Shown: piece by piece, positions 9,177 through 18,922 of the stretch | Layout: each line of letters starts with the position of its first letter | How positions within the stretch are numbered: the first letter of the stretch is position 1 | From: Planctomycetota bacterium | GTDB lineage: Bacteria > Planctomycetota > UBA1135 > UBA2386 | NCBI GenBank assembly: GCA_016794425.1 | Contig: JAEUHR010000017.1 | Coordinates: forward strand, 32,670 to 96,669 | DNA: 64,000 bases | Direction: 5' to 3' | Made by a program: the position numbers and the translations under genes | The notes under the pieces: generated by a model | Seen by the model: the letters and a program-made list of their open reading frames with translations, nothing else | What the model was told of the DNA's origin: nothing | Database searches by the model: none

Positions 9177-12100
9177 TCAGCGTGCGCGGAACGCGAGGCT
9201 CTGGCCCTCGACCCGCTCCACCTGCTGCAAGAGCCGCAGCCAGTCGGGCAGCTTCGCCACCTCGACCGTGCCGGAGCCCAGCGTGGCGCGGCGCCGCAGC
9301 ACCAGCGCGTTGCCGTCGCGGCGCACCTCCTGCAGGTGCGTCAGTGCGCCCGACTGCAGCGCCGACGGGTCCGGCAGCTCGTCGATGGCCAGCCCGTCGA
9401 GTTCGAGGCGCAGGTCCCAGTCGAGGCGCACGTCGCTGGTCAACCGCAGCGGCACTTCGCGGTCGGGGCGCGTGCCGGCCATCGCCAGGAACCGGCTCGA
9501 CGGCAGCGGCAGCGGCAGCAGCAGGCGGTCGCCGTCGGCCTGCACGCCGCGGCGGCGCACGGTCGCGGTCACCGACACCGGCTGGCCCGGTTCGAGCGCG
9601 CCGATCTCGGCCTTCTGCACCTGCCAGCCTTGCAGCACGCCCTGCGCGAACTGGCGTGCGAACTGCCGCCGCTCGTTCGCGGAGCGGCGTTGGAAGTGTT
9701 CGGCGGCGCGGTAGCCGTCGAGGTCGCCGAGCGTCAGCTCGACATCGGCCTCGAGCTGGTCGGCCGACAGCGTGCCGGAGCCGGTGACGCGGAACATCTG
9801 GCCGTGGTCGTCGCTCGGCGGCAGCGTCGCCTGCTCGAGCCCGCGGTCGGTCAGCACCAGCGCGCCGCCGCCGGCGCGTTGTGCCGGCACCTTGCCGACC
9901 GGCCAGTGCCGCGGCGTGTCGCCGAACAGCCAGACCGGCACGAGGCCGGGTCGGACCACGCGCACGCAGTCGAGGTCGTAGAAGTGCGTCGGGTCGTAGA
10001 ACAGTTCGCCTTCGCCGGTGATCAGTTCCTCGCGGATGCTCTCGCAGCGCGCCGGCTCGAGCGTGAAGTCCGCCGCGCGCAGCATCGCCAGCAGCAGCGT
10101 GTGCGCGTTGCCCTTCTTGCGCATCAGCGTCTCGGTCGCCGACCGGCTGCGCTGCGGCGCGATCTCGCGCTGGCAGAACGCGTGCAGTGCCTGCAGCTGC
10201 GCCGACGGTTCGTCGATGCCGGCCAGCAGCGTCGCCACCTGCGTGCGGATCGGCGGCGTCGGCCGCGTCGCGGCCAGCAGGTCGTGCCGGTGCGCGCGCA
10301 GCGCGCCGGTCACGGTGCCGTCGGCGCCGCCGGCGACCACCGGTCCGATGTCGGCCAGCGCCGGCATCGAGTTCTCGGGGGTCAGTCGCGCCACGTCGCG
10401 CGCGGTCCAGCGCAGCGCCTCGCGGCCGTCACCGAGGTCGATCGTCTCGGGCGCGAAGTCGAGGTTGCGGTCGCGCAGGTCGATCTCGAGCCCCTGCGGC
10501 CGGATCAGCACCAGCTCGCTGAGCAGCAGGTGCTCGTTCATCGAGCAGAACAGGAACTCGTCGACCGCGACGTTGCCGTCGGCGGGGGCGCCGACGAAGT
10601 CGCGGTAGCGCCATTCGACGAACACGCCCGGTTCGAGCCGCGGCAGCGCGCGCGCCTCGCCGACCTTGGCCGGCACGTACGAGTCGCCGTCGGTCGCGAC
10701 CGTGCGCAGCAGCAGCACCTCGTCGGCGTCGTCCGGTCCGCCGGACTCGCCGTACTGCTCGACGGCGCTCTGGTCGTTGAGCCGGCGCAGTTCGTGCGTC
10801 TCGATCAGCCGCGAGCCGTCGGCGAACACCTCGACGATGCGCTGGTCGACCAGCACGGTCGCCGGTGCGCCGTCCTCGCGGTCACCGACCGTGAACGCGG
10901 CGATCGCCGCATCGCCGTCGTGCCGGAAGCGCGCGAACGCGGCCCCGGGTTCGGGTTCGCCGCGCAGATGGCTCAGCGTGCGCCGCGCCGCGAAGTCGTC
11001 GGCGGTGGTGGCCAGGATGCGCTCGCAGGCGCGCACCGCCAGCTGGTCGAGGCCCCGCGCCAGCGCCCGGTCGACCAGGTTGCGCAGCCGCCGCGCGTCG
11101 GCTTCCCGGTGCTCGATCGCGCGCTCGAGCAGCGCCGCGTAGACGTCCGCGGCGCCGCGCTGCGCGGTGCTGATCTGCCACAGCAGCGGCACGATGCGTT
11201 GCTCGCCTTCCAGCACGGCCGGCATCACCAGCTCGCAGGCGGCCGCCGCGGCCGCGGTGTCGCCGAGGTCCAGCGCGGTGCGCCACGCGGTGCCGAGGTT
11301 GGTGCCGAGGTCGGGCCGCAGCCGCAGCGCCTCACCGGCGAGCGCCGCGGCCCGCTGCATCGCGCCGGCGCGCTGGCAGTCCTTGGCCAGCTCGATGCGC
11401 GGCTCCGGATCGTGTGGCAGCGCTTCGCACCAGCGATTCAGGATCGGCTGCCGCTCGGCGGCGAAGCGCGCGCGGTCGGCCACCTGCAACAGCAGCCGGA
11501 ACGTGTCGGGGCCAGCGCGGCCGTCGCGCACCGCCGCGTGCAGCAGGTCCAGCGCCCGTTCGCGCTGGTCCTGTTCCTCGAGCAGGCCGATGCGCGCGCG
11601 CAGCATCGCGAAGTGGCGCTCGTCGAGGTCCTTGCCGGCGGCTTCTTCGAGCGTGCGCGCCTCGGCGTTGCGGATCTCCTCCGGCACCAGGGCGAGCGCG
11701 CGCCACAGTTGTGCGGCGGCGAGCCGTTCGACGGCCGTGCGCGGCTGCAGGTCGACGAGCATGGCCAGCGGCGTCTCGCGCAGGTCCCAGCGATCGGCCA
11801 GCAGGCCGGCCGTGATGCGCAGCGCGGCGCGGTCCGCGTCGGCGGCGGCCGCGGCGGCGGTCTGCAGCGCCGCGATGCCGTCGGCGTACGGCGGCAGCGT
11901 GGCGGCGACCGGCGCCGGCGGCGGTTGCAGCGGCACCTCGGCCGGCACTTCACGCAGCTCGGGCAGCGGCGCCCAGCGCGCATCGACGTAGGCCAGGTCG
12001 AACGCGTGGTGCTCGCGCCCGCAGGTCTTCACGAGCACGTGGTTCTGGCCCGCGGCCAGACCGACCGGCACGACGTGGTCGGTGCGGCCGTCGCCGAGCG

Positions 12101-12812
12101 CCGGGTCGACCGCGACCAGCGGCTGGCCGTTCACGAACACCTCCAGCGCCCCGCGCGACCACAGCGCCAGGTAGCACTGGGTCTCGTTCGGCGCTTCGAC
12201 GCGGTGCAGCGCGTACCAGCAGCCGGGCTGCGGATCGGCCGGGTCGGCGGCGTCGATCTCGCTGGCCGCGATGCCGAGTCGCACCGTGTGCTGGCCGCGG
12301 CTCGCGTCGCCACACGCGAACGTGCCGCCGTCGGTCCACGTCTCCAGCTCCGGCGCGAACGGCACGCCGACGAAGTGGTCCTCGTCGCGGCCGAACGGGC
12401 CCGTGCAGCGGAAGCTGCGCGGCAGGTGGGCCGCCGGATCGACCCGCGCCGCGTCGGCGGCGCGGCCCGTCGCCAGCAGCAGGCGGTAGCGCAGCCAGCG
12501 CAGCTGGCTCGCGAACATGCCGTGCAGGTCGTCGTGCTGCAGCAGCTGCTCGACCACGGGCAGCAGCTCGCCGGGCCGCTGCAGGCGTTCGCGCAGGCCC
12601 TGCACGCGGTCGGCGAGGTTGCTCGCGTACGGCGTCGTGCGGCAGGCCGCGGCGGCGGCCAGCGCATCGCGGGCCGCCGCGTCGGGATCGTCGACGGCGG
12701 GGGCGACGCTGGCGACGAACGCGTGCGCGAACTGGGCGGCGCCGGCGGGCGCCTGGGCGGGGGCGAGGCCGGCGAACAGCGCCAGCGGGATCGGGGCGAG
12801 ACAGCGGCGCAT
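9177..12812 (-). CDS. Large secreted DUF3857 / transglutaminase-like / DUF3858-type protein, paralog 2; catalytic Cys position is Ala
   Basis: C-terminal 1211 aa of track ORF 9177..16475. It starts MRRCLAPIPLALFAGLAPAQA (signal peptide). The ATG at 12810-12812 overlaps the upstream stop by 1 nt. It has an N-terminal ~200-aa module (FRCTGPFGRDED...VFVNGQPLV), a long helical TPR-like region, then a transglutaminase-like region reading LMRKKGNAHTLLLAMLRA. Confidence 0.8.
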   Translation of the reverse strand: MRRCLAPIPLALFAGLAPAQAPAGAAQFAHAFVASVAPAVDDPDAAARDALAAAAACRTTPYASNLADRVQGLRERLQRPGELLPVVEQLLQHDDLHGMFASQLRWLRYRLLLATGRAADAARVDPAAHLPRSFRCTGPFGRDEDHFVGVPFAPELETWTDGGTFACGDASRGQHTVRLGIAASEIDAADPADPQPGCWYALHRVEAPNETQCYLALWSRGALEVFVNGQPLVAVDPALGDGRTDHVVPVGLAAGQNHVLVKTCGREHHAFDLAYVDARWAPLPELREVPAEVPLQPPPAPVAATLPPYADGIAALQTAAAAAADADRAALRITAGLLADRWDLRETPLAMLVDLQPRTAVERLAAAQLWRALALVPEEIRNAEARTLEEAAGKDLDERHFAMLRARIGLLEEQDQRERALDLLHAAVRDGRAGPDTFRLLLQVADRARFAAERQPILNRWCEALPHDPEPRIELAKDCQRAGAMQRAAALAGEALRLRPDLGTNLGTAWRTALDLGDTAAAAAACELVMPAVLEGEQRIVPLLWQISTAQRGAADVYAALLERAIEHREADARRLRNLVDRALARGLDQLAVRACERILATTADDFAARRTLSHLRGEPEPGAAFARFRHDGDAAIAAFTVGDREDGAPATVLVDQRIVEVFADGSRLIETHELRRLNDQSAVEQYGESGGPDDADEVLLLRTVATDGDSYVPAKVGEARALPRLEPGVFVEWRYRDFVGAPADGNVAVDEFLFCSMNEHLLLSELVLIRPQGLEIDLRDRNLDFAPETIDLGDGREALRWTARDVARLTPENSMPALADIGPVVAGGADGTVTGALRAHRHDLLAATRPTPPIRTQVATLLAGIDEPSAQLQALHAFCQREIAPQRSRSATETLMRKKGNAHTLLLAMLRAADFTLEPARCESIREELITGEGELFYDPTHFYDLDCVRVVRPGLVPVWLFGDTPRHWPVGKVPAQRAGGGALVLTDRGLEQATLPPSDDHGQMFRVTGSGTLSADQLEADVELTLGDLDGYRAAEHFQRRSANERRQFARQFAQGVLQGWQVQKAEIGALEPGQPVSVTATVRRRGVQADGDRLLLPLPLPSSRFLAMAGTRPDREVPLRLTSDVRLDWDLRLELDGLAIDELPDPSALQSGALTHLQEVRRDGNALVLRRRATLGSGTVEVAKLPDWLRLLQQVERVEGQSLAFRAR

Positions 12813-15800
12813 CAGCGGTTCTCCTGCGGTTCGAGCACGAGGCGGGCGGCATCGGCGTCCTGCACGGCGGCCGCGAAGCCGCGGAACGCCGCGTAGTCGG
12901 CGGGTTCGATGCGCGGCACGCGCAGTTGCAGTTCCCGTTCGACGACGATGCGGTCGCCCTGCTGGCTCCACTCGAGCCGGAACGCGGCGAACGGCTGCTC
13001 GAGCCGCACCGCGCGCGGCAGCGGACCCGGGCGCAGGCCCTTCGGCACGGCGATGCGCAGCACTTCGTGGTCGCCGCTCGGCACGCCGAGCAGCAGCGGC
13101 GTCGTGCGCTCGGGCGCGGCCGACAACTGCAGCAGCCGGCGGCTGTCGAAGCCGGTGGCGAACTGCAGGCCGCGGCCCTGGCGTTGCGCCAGCTCGTCGG
13201 CCGCGAACGTGATCGACAGGCTCGCCGGGGTCGCGAGGTCGTTGCCGTCGCTCGGCGTCACGCTGTCGATGCGGCTCTTGCCGAACCGCTGCAGCAGCTG
13301 GCGCTCGAGCTGTTCGCGCAGCGTCGCGGGCGCCTCGACCAGCTGCTGGCGCAGGCCGACCGCCGCGTTGCCGCGCGGCCGCTGCGCCAGCGCCACGGTG
13401 GCGCTGCCGTCGGCGCGCAGGTCGATCGTCAGTTCGCGTTCGTCGCGGTTGGCGGCGGGCGTCGTCCACGGCACGTCGGCGAGTTCGCTGCGGTCCGGGT
13501 TCACGATCAGCACGCGTGCGCCCTGGTCCATCTCCGGCAGCGTGTCGCTCGGGTGCAGCACCGCGGTGCCGTCGAGGAAGCGCGCCGCCAGGCCCTCCTG
13601 TGCCGGCAGCCAGGCGATCGCGTGGTTGAAGTGCTGGACCAGCGCCAGGCTCAGGTCGTCGCGCGTGCGCAACGGATCGGCGAAGATCAGCACCGGCCGC
13701 GCGACGATGTCGACCTCGCGCAGCAGCGCGCACAGCAGCAGCGCCTTGTCCTTGCAGTCGCCGTGGCGCCGCTCGAAGATCACCGACGTGTTGTACGGCT
13801 TGTAGCCGTGCACGCCGAACTCCCACGCCTCGTAGCGCACGTCGGTGGTGACGAAGCGGTACAGCGCGTCGACGCGTTCGGCCGGCGTGGTCGCGGTCGC
13901 GCACAGCTCGCGCACCTTGTCGCGCATCGCCGGCGTGACGTCGATCTGCTTCTCGATCAGGTGCCACCACCACGACGCGAACTGGTCCCAGTCGCGGTAG
14001 GTGGTCATGCGCACCAGCGGTTCGAACTCGTCGACGTCCGGCCGGGCGATCTCCGGTTCGTCGCGCGGCAGCGAGCGCATCTCCCAGTCGTAGCGCGTGT
14101 CGCCGCCGTCGAGTGCCGCGATGGTCGCGTCCGGCGCGCCGTTCGCAGCCTGCCAGCGGTAGTCGCGGCCGCCGGCCGCGATCACGGTCAGCAGCGAGCG
14201 GGCCAGCGGCGCACCGTCGAGGCTCGGGAACGTGTGCTCGAGGCCGAAGTAGGCGCCGAAGAAGGTCGGCGCGAGGTCGTCGATGCGGCCGCGGATCGCG
14301 ACCGTGTCGCCGGGCTGCAGCGACCCGATCGCGACGGTCGCCCCCTGCAGCCGCGGGTGCTCGACGCTGCCGTCTTCGTGCCGGACCGTGCACGACAGGA
14401 TCCGCGCGCGCTGCGCGCCGGAGCGGTGCGGCAACCGCCACTGCGTGAAGCGCCGCGCGCCTTCCTCGGACAGCACGCGCGTGATCACGTGCACGTACTC
14501 GCTGGTGGTGCCGTTGGCGAACGCCTTGACGACGCGCTGCCGCAGCAGGTGGTGCAGCGGATCCTGGCTCGCAGCCGCGTCCGCGGGCGGCCCCGCATCG
14601 GCGGCGATCACGGCGTCGGTGTCGAGTTCGTACGGCTGGTGGAACGGCACCTCGTCGCGCGTCAGCCACTCGAGGTGGCGCCGTTCGGCGGCGAGGTTCG
14701 GGTTGAAGTCGATCGCGGCGCGCAGCACTTCGGTCTGGCGTTCGCGGTCGCCGCGCTGCGCGTGCAGGCTCGCAACCGCCAGCAGCGCCTGGTCGTCCTC
14801 GGGGCACAGCTGCAGCCAGTCGCTCCACACCTGCAGGGCGCCGGCGAGGTCGCCCTCGGCGGCCAGCAGCTCGGCCAGCACCGAGCGCGGCGCGCGCGTC
14901 AGCGGCCAGTGCGCGGCCGAGCGCTGCAGCAGCTGCACGCCGTCGTCGCGGCGACCCAGGCGCAGCCACAGCCGCGCCACCGCGATCTGGTCCTCCGGCG
15001 CGGTCGACTCGGCTGCGAGCCGCGCGGCGATCGCCGCCGCCTGGTCGAGTTCGCCGTTGCGGTTGCACTGCTGCAGCAGCGTGCGCAGCGTGTCCTGGCT
15101 CGCGACCGGCAGGGCCGCGAGCCGGCGCCGTTCGGCTTCGGCCAGCGCTTCGAGCCCGCGTCGCTGCAGCGCGTACGAACGCACCAGCCGCGCGACCGCC
15201 GACTGCGGCTCGATCGCCAGCGCTTCCTGCAGCACCGCCTCGGCGCGGGTCGGCAGGTCGCTGCCGGACAGTTCCAGCGACGCCAGCAGCAGCCGTGCCT
15301 CGACGTGCTGCGGATCGCGGCGCAGCACCTCGGCGAGGTCGCGGCGCTGCGGGTTGTCGTCGCGGTCCGCCTTGCCGGCGAGCCGCGGCCGGGTCCAGAA
15401 GCGCAGGAACGCGGCCTCGGCGACGTCCGGCAGGCCCACCGCGGCCTGTTCCGCCAGCTGGCGCGGCCGCGGTTCGCGGTCGCCGTCGACGTGCGTGTGG
15501 GTCAAGATCGCGCACAGCCGCATCGCCGCCAGCGCCGAACCGTCGGCCGCCGCCGCATAGACGTCGCGTGCGTTCGCGTCGGCCTGGGCACCGGTCGCCG
15601 CGTCGCGCGGCTCGGCGGCGCTGCCGGCGACGAGGTCGGCCTCGGCGTCGGAGCTGCGCACGCCGGGCAACGGCGCGCCGTCGAGCGCGGCGATGCGCAG
15701 CCGCAGGCCGAAGCCCGCGCCCTCCTGGTCGCAGGCCTTGACCACCAGCAGGTTCGGGCCCGGCTGCAGCGGCAGCACCGCGTGGTCCTGATCGTCGTAC

Positions 15801-16543
15801 AGTTCGCGTTCGACGTCGCGCGCGAACACCTCGACGCCGTTGCAGAACACGCGTACGGCGCCGCTGCTGCCGAGCCACAACGCCGCGTCGCAGGCCGCGT
15901 CCGCGAGCAGCGCGGTCGCGACGTAGGCGACCACCTGCGTGTTCGGTCGCAGCACTTCGCCGAGCGGCAGGTTGCCGTCGACCGGCACGGTCTGCAGCTG
16001 GCGCCACGCGACCGGCCGCAGCTTGCCGTCGTAGGTCTCGCCCGGCTCGAACGCCGACTCCGGCGCGTAGGCGGTCGCGTAGCCGCTGCCGCGTTCGTTG
16101 TCGAACGGGCCGCAGACCCACGCCGGGCGCAGCACGCCGAGCTCGGCGGCCAGCGCCGCGACGTCGCCGCCGTGCTGGCGCCGGGCCTGCAGCAGCAGGG
16201 AACCGAGCCGCGCGCGCAGCGCCGGCACCGCGCGCGCCAGCGGTGCCGAGCGCGCCGCGTCGATCGCGTCGAGGCCCGCCGCGAAGCCGCCCTCGCTGGT
16301 CAGGCGGACCATCATCGTGGCGCAGTACTCGGCCAGCGCGGCCGCGTCGCGGTCGGCGGTCGCGGTGCCGACGGTCGCGGTCAACAGGCGCGCGAACTCG
16401 GCCTGTGCGACCGGGTAGTTCGCGCGCGACTTCGCGGTCAGCGCCGCGGCTTCCGGCAGCTGGGCCGGGGCGCACGGCGCGAACGCCGCGAGCGCGAGGA
16501 GCAGGGCGGACAGGAGCTTCTTCCGGGAACGGGGCGTGCGCAC
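12812..16543 (-). CDS. Large secreted DUF3857 / transglutaminase-like / DUF3858-type protein, paralog 1; Cys-His-Asp signature intact
   Basis: C-terminal 1243 aa of track ORF 12812..18799. GTG start at 16543 gives (M)RTPRSRKKLLSALLLALAAFAPCAPAQ (signal peptide). No in-frame ATG occurs before CATMMV. It has an N-terminal module (WVCGPFDNERG...VFCNGVEVF) and TPR-like helices. Transglutaminase core: ERRHGDCKDKALLLCALLRE...HFNHAIAW...FLDGT. Confidence 0.82.
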   Translation of the reverse strand: MRTPRSRKKLLSALLLALAAFAPCAPAQLPEAAALTAKSRANYPVAQAEFARLLTATVGTATADRDAAALAEYCATMMVRLTSEGGFAAGLDAIDAARSAPLARAVPALRARLGSLLLQARRQHGGDVAALAAELGVLRPAWVCGPFDNERGSGYATAYAPESAFEPGETYDGKLRPVAWRQLQTVPVDGNLPLGEVLRPNTQVVAYVATALLADAACDAALWLGSSGAVRVFCNGVEVFARDVERELYDDQDHAVLPLQPGPNLLVVKACDQEGAGFGLRLRIAALDGAPLPGVRSSDAEADLVAGSAAEPRDAATGAQADANARDVYAAAADGSALAAMRLCAILTHTHVDGDREPRPRQLAEQAAVGLPDVAEAAFLRFWTRPRLAGKADRDDNPQRRDLAEVLRRDPQHVEARLLLASLELSGSDLPTRAEAVLQEALAIEPQSAVARLVRSYALQRRGLEALAEAERRRLAALPVASQDTLRTLLQQCNRNGELDQAAAIAARLAAESTAPEDQIAVARLWLRLGRRDDGVQLLQRSAAHWPLTRAPRSVLAELLAAEGDLAGALQVWSDWLQLCPEDDQALLAVASLHAQRGDRERQTEVLRAAIDFNPNLAAERRHLEWLTRDEVPFHQPYELDTDAVIAADAGPPADAAASQDPLHHLLRQRVVKAFANGTTSEYVHVITRVLSEEGARRFTQWRLPHRSGAQRARILSCTVRHEDGSVEHPRLQGATVAIGSLQPGDTVAIRGRIDDLAPTFFGAYFGLEHTFPSLDGAPLARSLLTVIAAGGRDYRWQAANGAPDATIAALDGGDTRYDWEMRSLPRDEPEIARPDVDEFEPLVRMTTYRDWDQFASWWWHLIEKQIDVTPAMRDKVRELCATATTPAERVDALYRFVTTDVRYEAWEFGVHGYKPYNTSVIFERRHGDCKDKALLLCALLREVDIVARPVLIFADPLRTRDDLSLALVQHFNHAIAWLPAQEGLAARFLDGTAVLHPSDTLPEMDQGARVLIVNPDRSELADVPWTTPAANRDERELTIDLRADGSATVALAQRPRGNAAVGLRQQLVEAPATLREQLERQLLQRFGKSRIDSVTPSDGNDLATPASLSITFAADELAQRQGRGLQFATGFDSRRLLQLSAAPERTTPLLLGVPSGDHEVLRIAVPKGLRPGPLPRAVRLEQPFAAFRLEWSQQGDRIVVERELQLRVPRIEPADYAAFRGFAAAVQDADAARLVLEPQENR

Positions 16544-16609
16544 GCGTTTGGTGTAGCGATCGGCACGGTCTTCGGCCACCCCGGTCGGGCGATCCGCTAG
16601 GCTGCGCCG

Positions 16610-18838
16610 ATGCGCTCCGTCGCCGCGCTGCTCCTGTCGCTGCCGTTCGCCGCCTGTGCCGCGGCCCCGCCGCCGGCGGTGATCGAGATCGACCGCGACG
16701 ACATCGTGATCCGCGGCGACACGCTGGTGCGGCCGGGCCACTACCGCGTCGCCGACGCCAACGGCGACGGCGTGCTGCACGTGGTCGGCGACGGCATCGT
16801 CGTCGTGCTCGACGGCGTGACGCTGGACGGGTCGGCGCCGGGTGCGGCGCCGGATGCGTTCGCTGGCATCGGCATCCGGATCGCCGGCGGGTCGCGCGTG
16901 CGCATCACCGGCGGCGCCGTGCGCGGCTTCCGGGTCGGGCTCGGCGCCGAACGCGTGCCCGGGCTCGAAGTCGTCGGCCTCGACGTGTCCGACAACCGCG
17001 CGATGCGGCTGCACAGCACGCCGCGGCGCGAGCACGCCGGCGACTGGTTGTGGCCGCACGACAACGACGCCGGCGAATGGCAGGCGCGCTACGGCGCCGG
17101 CATCGCGCTGACCGACTGCTCGCGCGCGCTGGTGCTGCGCTGCCGCGCGCGCGGCACGCAGAACGGGCTCTTGCTGACGCGCTGCCGCGACGCGCGCGTG
17201 CTCGACAACGACTTCTCGTTCCTGTCGGGTTGGGGCATCGCGCTGTACCGCAGCTCGGGCTGCCGGATCGAACACAACCGCTGCGACTTCTGCGTGCGCG
17301 GCTACAGCCACGGCGTCTACGCGCGCGGCCAGGATTCGGCCGGCATCCTGCTGTTCGAGCAGTGCTGCGACAACGTGATCGCGCACAATTCGGCGACGCA
17401 CGGCGGCGACGGGCTGTTCCTGTACGCCGGCCACGAGACCACGCAGCGCACCGGCGCCGGCGGCTCGAACCGCAATCGCGTGGTCGGCAACGACTTCTCG
17501 TACGCGGTCGCGAACGGCATCGAGGCGACGTTCAGCCGCGACAACGCGTTCGTCGACAACTGCCTCGACGGCTGCGACCACGGCGTCTGGGCCGGCTACT
17601 CGTCGGCTACCGAGATCCGCGGCAACTCGATCCGCGGCGCCGCGCACGGCATCTCGATCGAACACGGCCAGGACAACCGGATCGTCGGCAACGAGCTGGT
17701 CGACTGCGGCATCGGCGTGCACCTGTGGTGGGACGACGACACCGAACTGCTGGCGTCGGCGTTCGGCCGTCGCAACGACACCGCGTCGGCGCGCACGACC
17801 GTGCACGGCAACTGGATCACCGGCGGCGGCACCGCGCTGCGCCTCGACGGCGACACCGGGTCGCGCATCGTCGGCAACCGCATCGACGGCGCCGCGCTGG
17901 GCCTCGACGCGCGCGGCCGCACGGCGCCGGCGGCGTTCGCGGACAATGCGGTCGCGGCCGCGACCGCGGTGCGCTGCGCGACCGAGGCGCCGCTGCGGCT
18001 CGGCGCCAACGCGTGGCAGCCCTGGCACAAGGACGGGCCGCAGCAGGTGCTCGGCGCCGCGGCGCTGCCGGCGCTGCCGGTCGTGCCGCGGCCGGTCGTC
18101 GCCGGCGGCCGCGACGCCGCGCCCGGCCCTGGTGGCCGCGAACGCATCGTCGTCGGCGAGTGGGGGCCGCTCGATCCCGCGCAACCGGCGCTGCTGCCGC
18201 TCGGCGCCGGCGAAGGCGGCGACCTGCAGCTGCGCGTGCTCGGCCAGGGTCTGCCGTTCCGCGTCGAAGCCAACACCGCCGGGGTGACCGTCGAACCGGC
18301 CGCCGGCACCGCGCCGGCCACGCTGACCGTGCGCCTCGCGGCGGCGGCGCCGGCCGTACTGCCGTGGTCGGCCGCGGTGCGCATCGGCGAACGCGCGTGC
18401 ACCGCCTCGGGCACTTGGACCAGCACGGCCTGGAACGTGCGCTTCTGGCGCTGGCAGTGCGATCCGCGCGACGATGCGGCGGCGTGGCAGGCCCTGCTGG
18501 CGACGCCGCCGCTCGCGACCGTCACCACGGCGGCGCTGGACTTCGACTGGGGCGGCGCGGCACCGGCGGCGAACGTGCCCGCCGACCACTTCGCGACCGT
18601 CGCCGAGACGACGCTGGAGCTGCCGGCCGGTCGCTGGCGGCTGGTCACCGTCAGTGACGACGGCATCCGCGTGTCGGTCGACGGCGAGGCGGTACTGACC
18701 GACTGGACGTGGCACGCGCCGCGCGAACTCGCTTGCGAACGCACGCTCGGCGCCGGCCCGCACACGATCCGCGTCGAGCACTTCGAACTCGACGGCCACG
18801 CGGCGCTGGCCTGCCGGCTCGAGCCGGTGCCCGAGTGA
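16610..18838 (+). CDS. Secreted right-handed parallel beta-helix repeat protein with C-terminal PA14-like domain
   Basis: Signal peptide MRSVAALLLSLPFAACAAA. Repeated beta-helix turns (NRVVGNDFSYAVANGIEATFSRDNAFVDNCLDGCDHGVWAGYSSATEIRGNSIRGAAHGISIEHGQDNRIVGNELV). C-terminus FDWGGAAPAANVPADHFATVAETTLELPAGRWRLVTVSDDGIRVSVDGEAVLTDW is PA14-like. Confidence 0.85.
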   Translation: MRSVAALLLSLPFAACAAAPPPAVIEIDRDDIVIRGDTLVRPGHYRVADANGDGVLHVVGDGIVVVLDGVTLDGSAPGAAPDAFAGIGIRIAGGSRVRITGGAVRGFRVGLGAERVPGLEVVGLDVSDNRAMRLHSTPRREHAGDWLWPHDNDAGEWQARYGAGIALTDCSRALVLRCRARGTQNGLLLTRCRDARVLDNDFSFLSGWGIALYRSSGCRIEHNRCDFCVRGYSHGVYARGQDSAGILLFEQCCDNVIAHNSATHGGDGLFLYAGHETTQRTGAGGSNRNRVVGNDFSYAVANGIEATFSRDNAFVDNCLDGCDHGVWAGYSSATEIRGNSIRGAAHGISIEHGQDNRIVGNELVDCGIGVHLWWDDDTELLASAFGRRNDTASARTTVHGNWITGGGTALRLDGDTGSRIVGNRIDGAALGLDARGRTAPAAFADNAVAAATAVRCATEAPLRLGANAWQPWHKDGPQQVLGAAALPALPVVPRPVVAGGRDAAPGPGGRERIVVGEWGPLDPAQPALLPLGAGEGGDLQLRVLGQGLPFRVEANTAGVTVEPAAGTAPATLTVRLAAAAPAVLPWSAAVRIGERACTASGTWTSTAWNVRFWRWQCDPRDDAAAWQALLATPPLATVTTAALDFDWGGAAPAANVPADHFATVAETTLELPAGRWRLVTVSDDGIRVSVDGEAVLTDWTWHAPRELACERTLGAGPHTIRVEHFELDGHAALACRLEPVPE

Positions 18839-18853
18839 CGGCGGGAAACGAAC

Positions 18854-18877
18854 GCGGGCGGCACGCCGGCCGCCCGC
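18854..18877. terminator. GC-rich hairpin between convergent genes (possible bidirectional terminator)
   Basis: GCGGGCGGC-ACGCCG-GCCGCCCGC: perfect 9-bp stem with a 6-nt loop. It lies 16 nt after the beta-helix stop and 46 nt after the redoxin stop. There is no U-tract. Confidence 0.3.
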
Positions 18878-18922
18878 AGCAGGTCAGTTGCGACGGCCCG
18901 ACCGGGCCGCGAACTTCGTGCG

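Noticed and set aside
9036-16600. Plus-strand ORFs 9036..12896 (1286 aa) and 12926..16600 (1224 aa), and reading 9177..16475 as one 2432-aa minus-strand protein
   Set aside because: The plus-strand ORFs are antisense to the two transglutaminase-like genes and are Arg/Ala-rich without motifs. The N-terminal 1221 residues of the 2432-aa ORF are an out-of-frame read through paralog 1. A clean signal peptide starts at 12812, exactly at the upstream stop.
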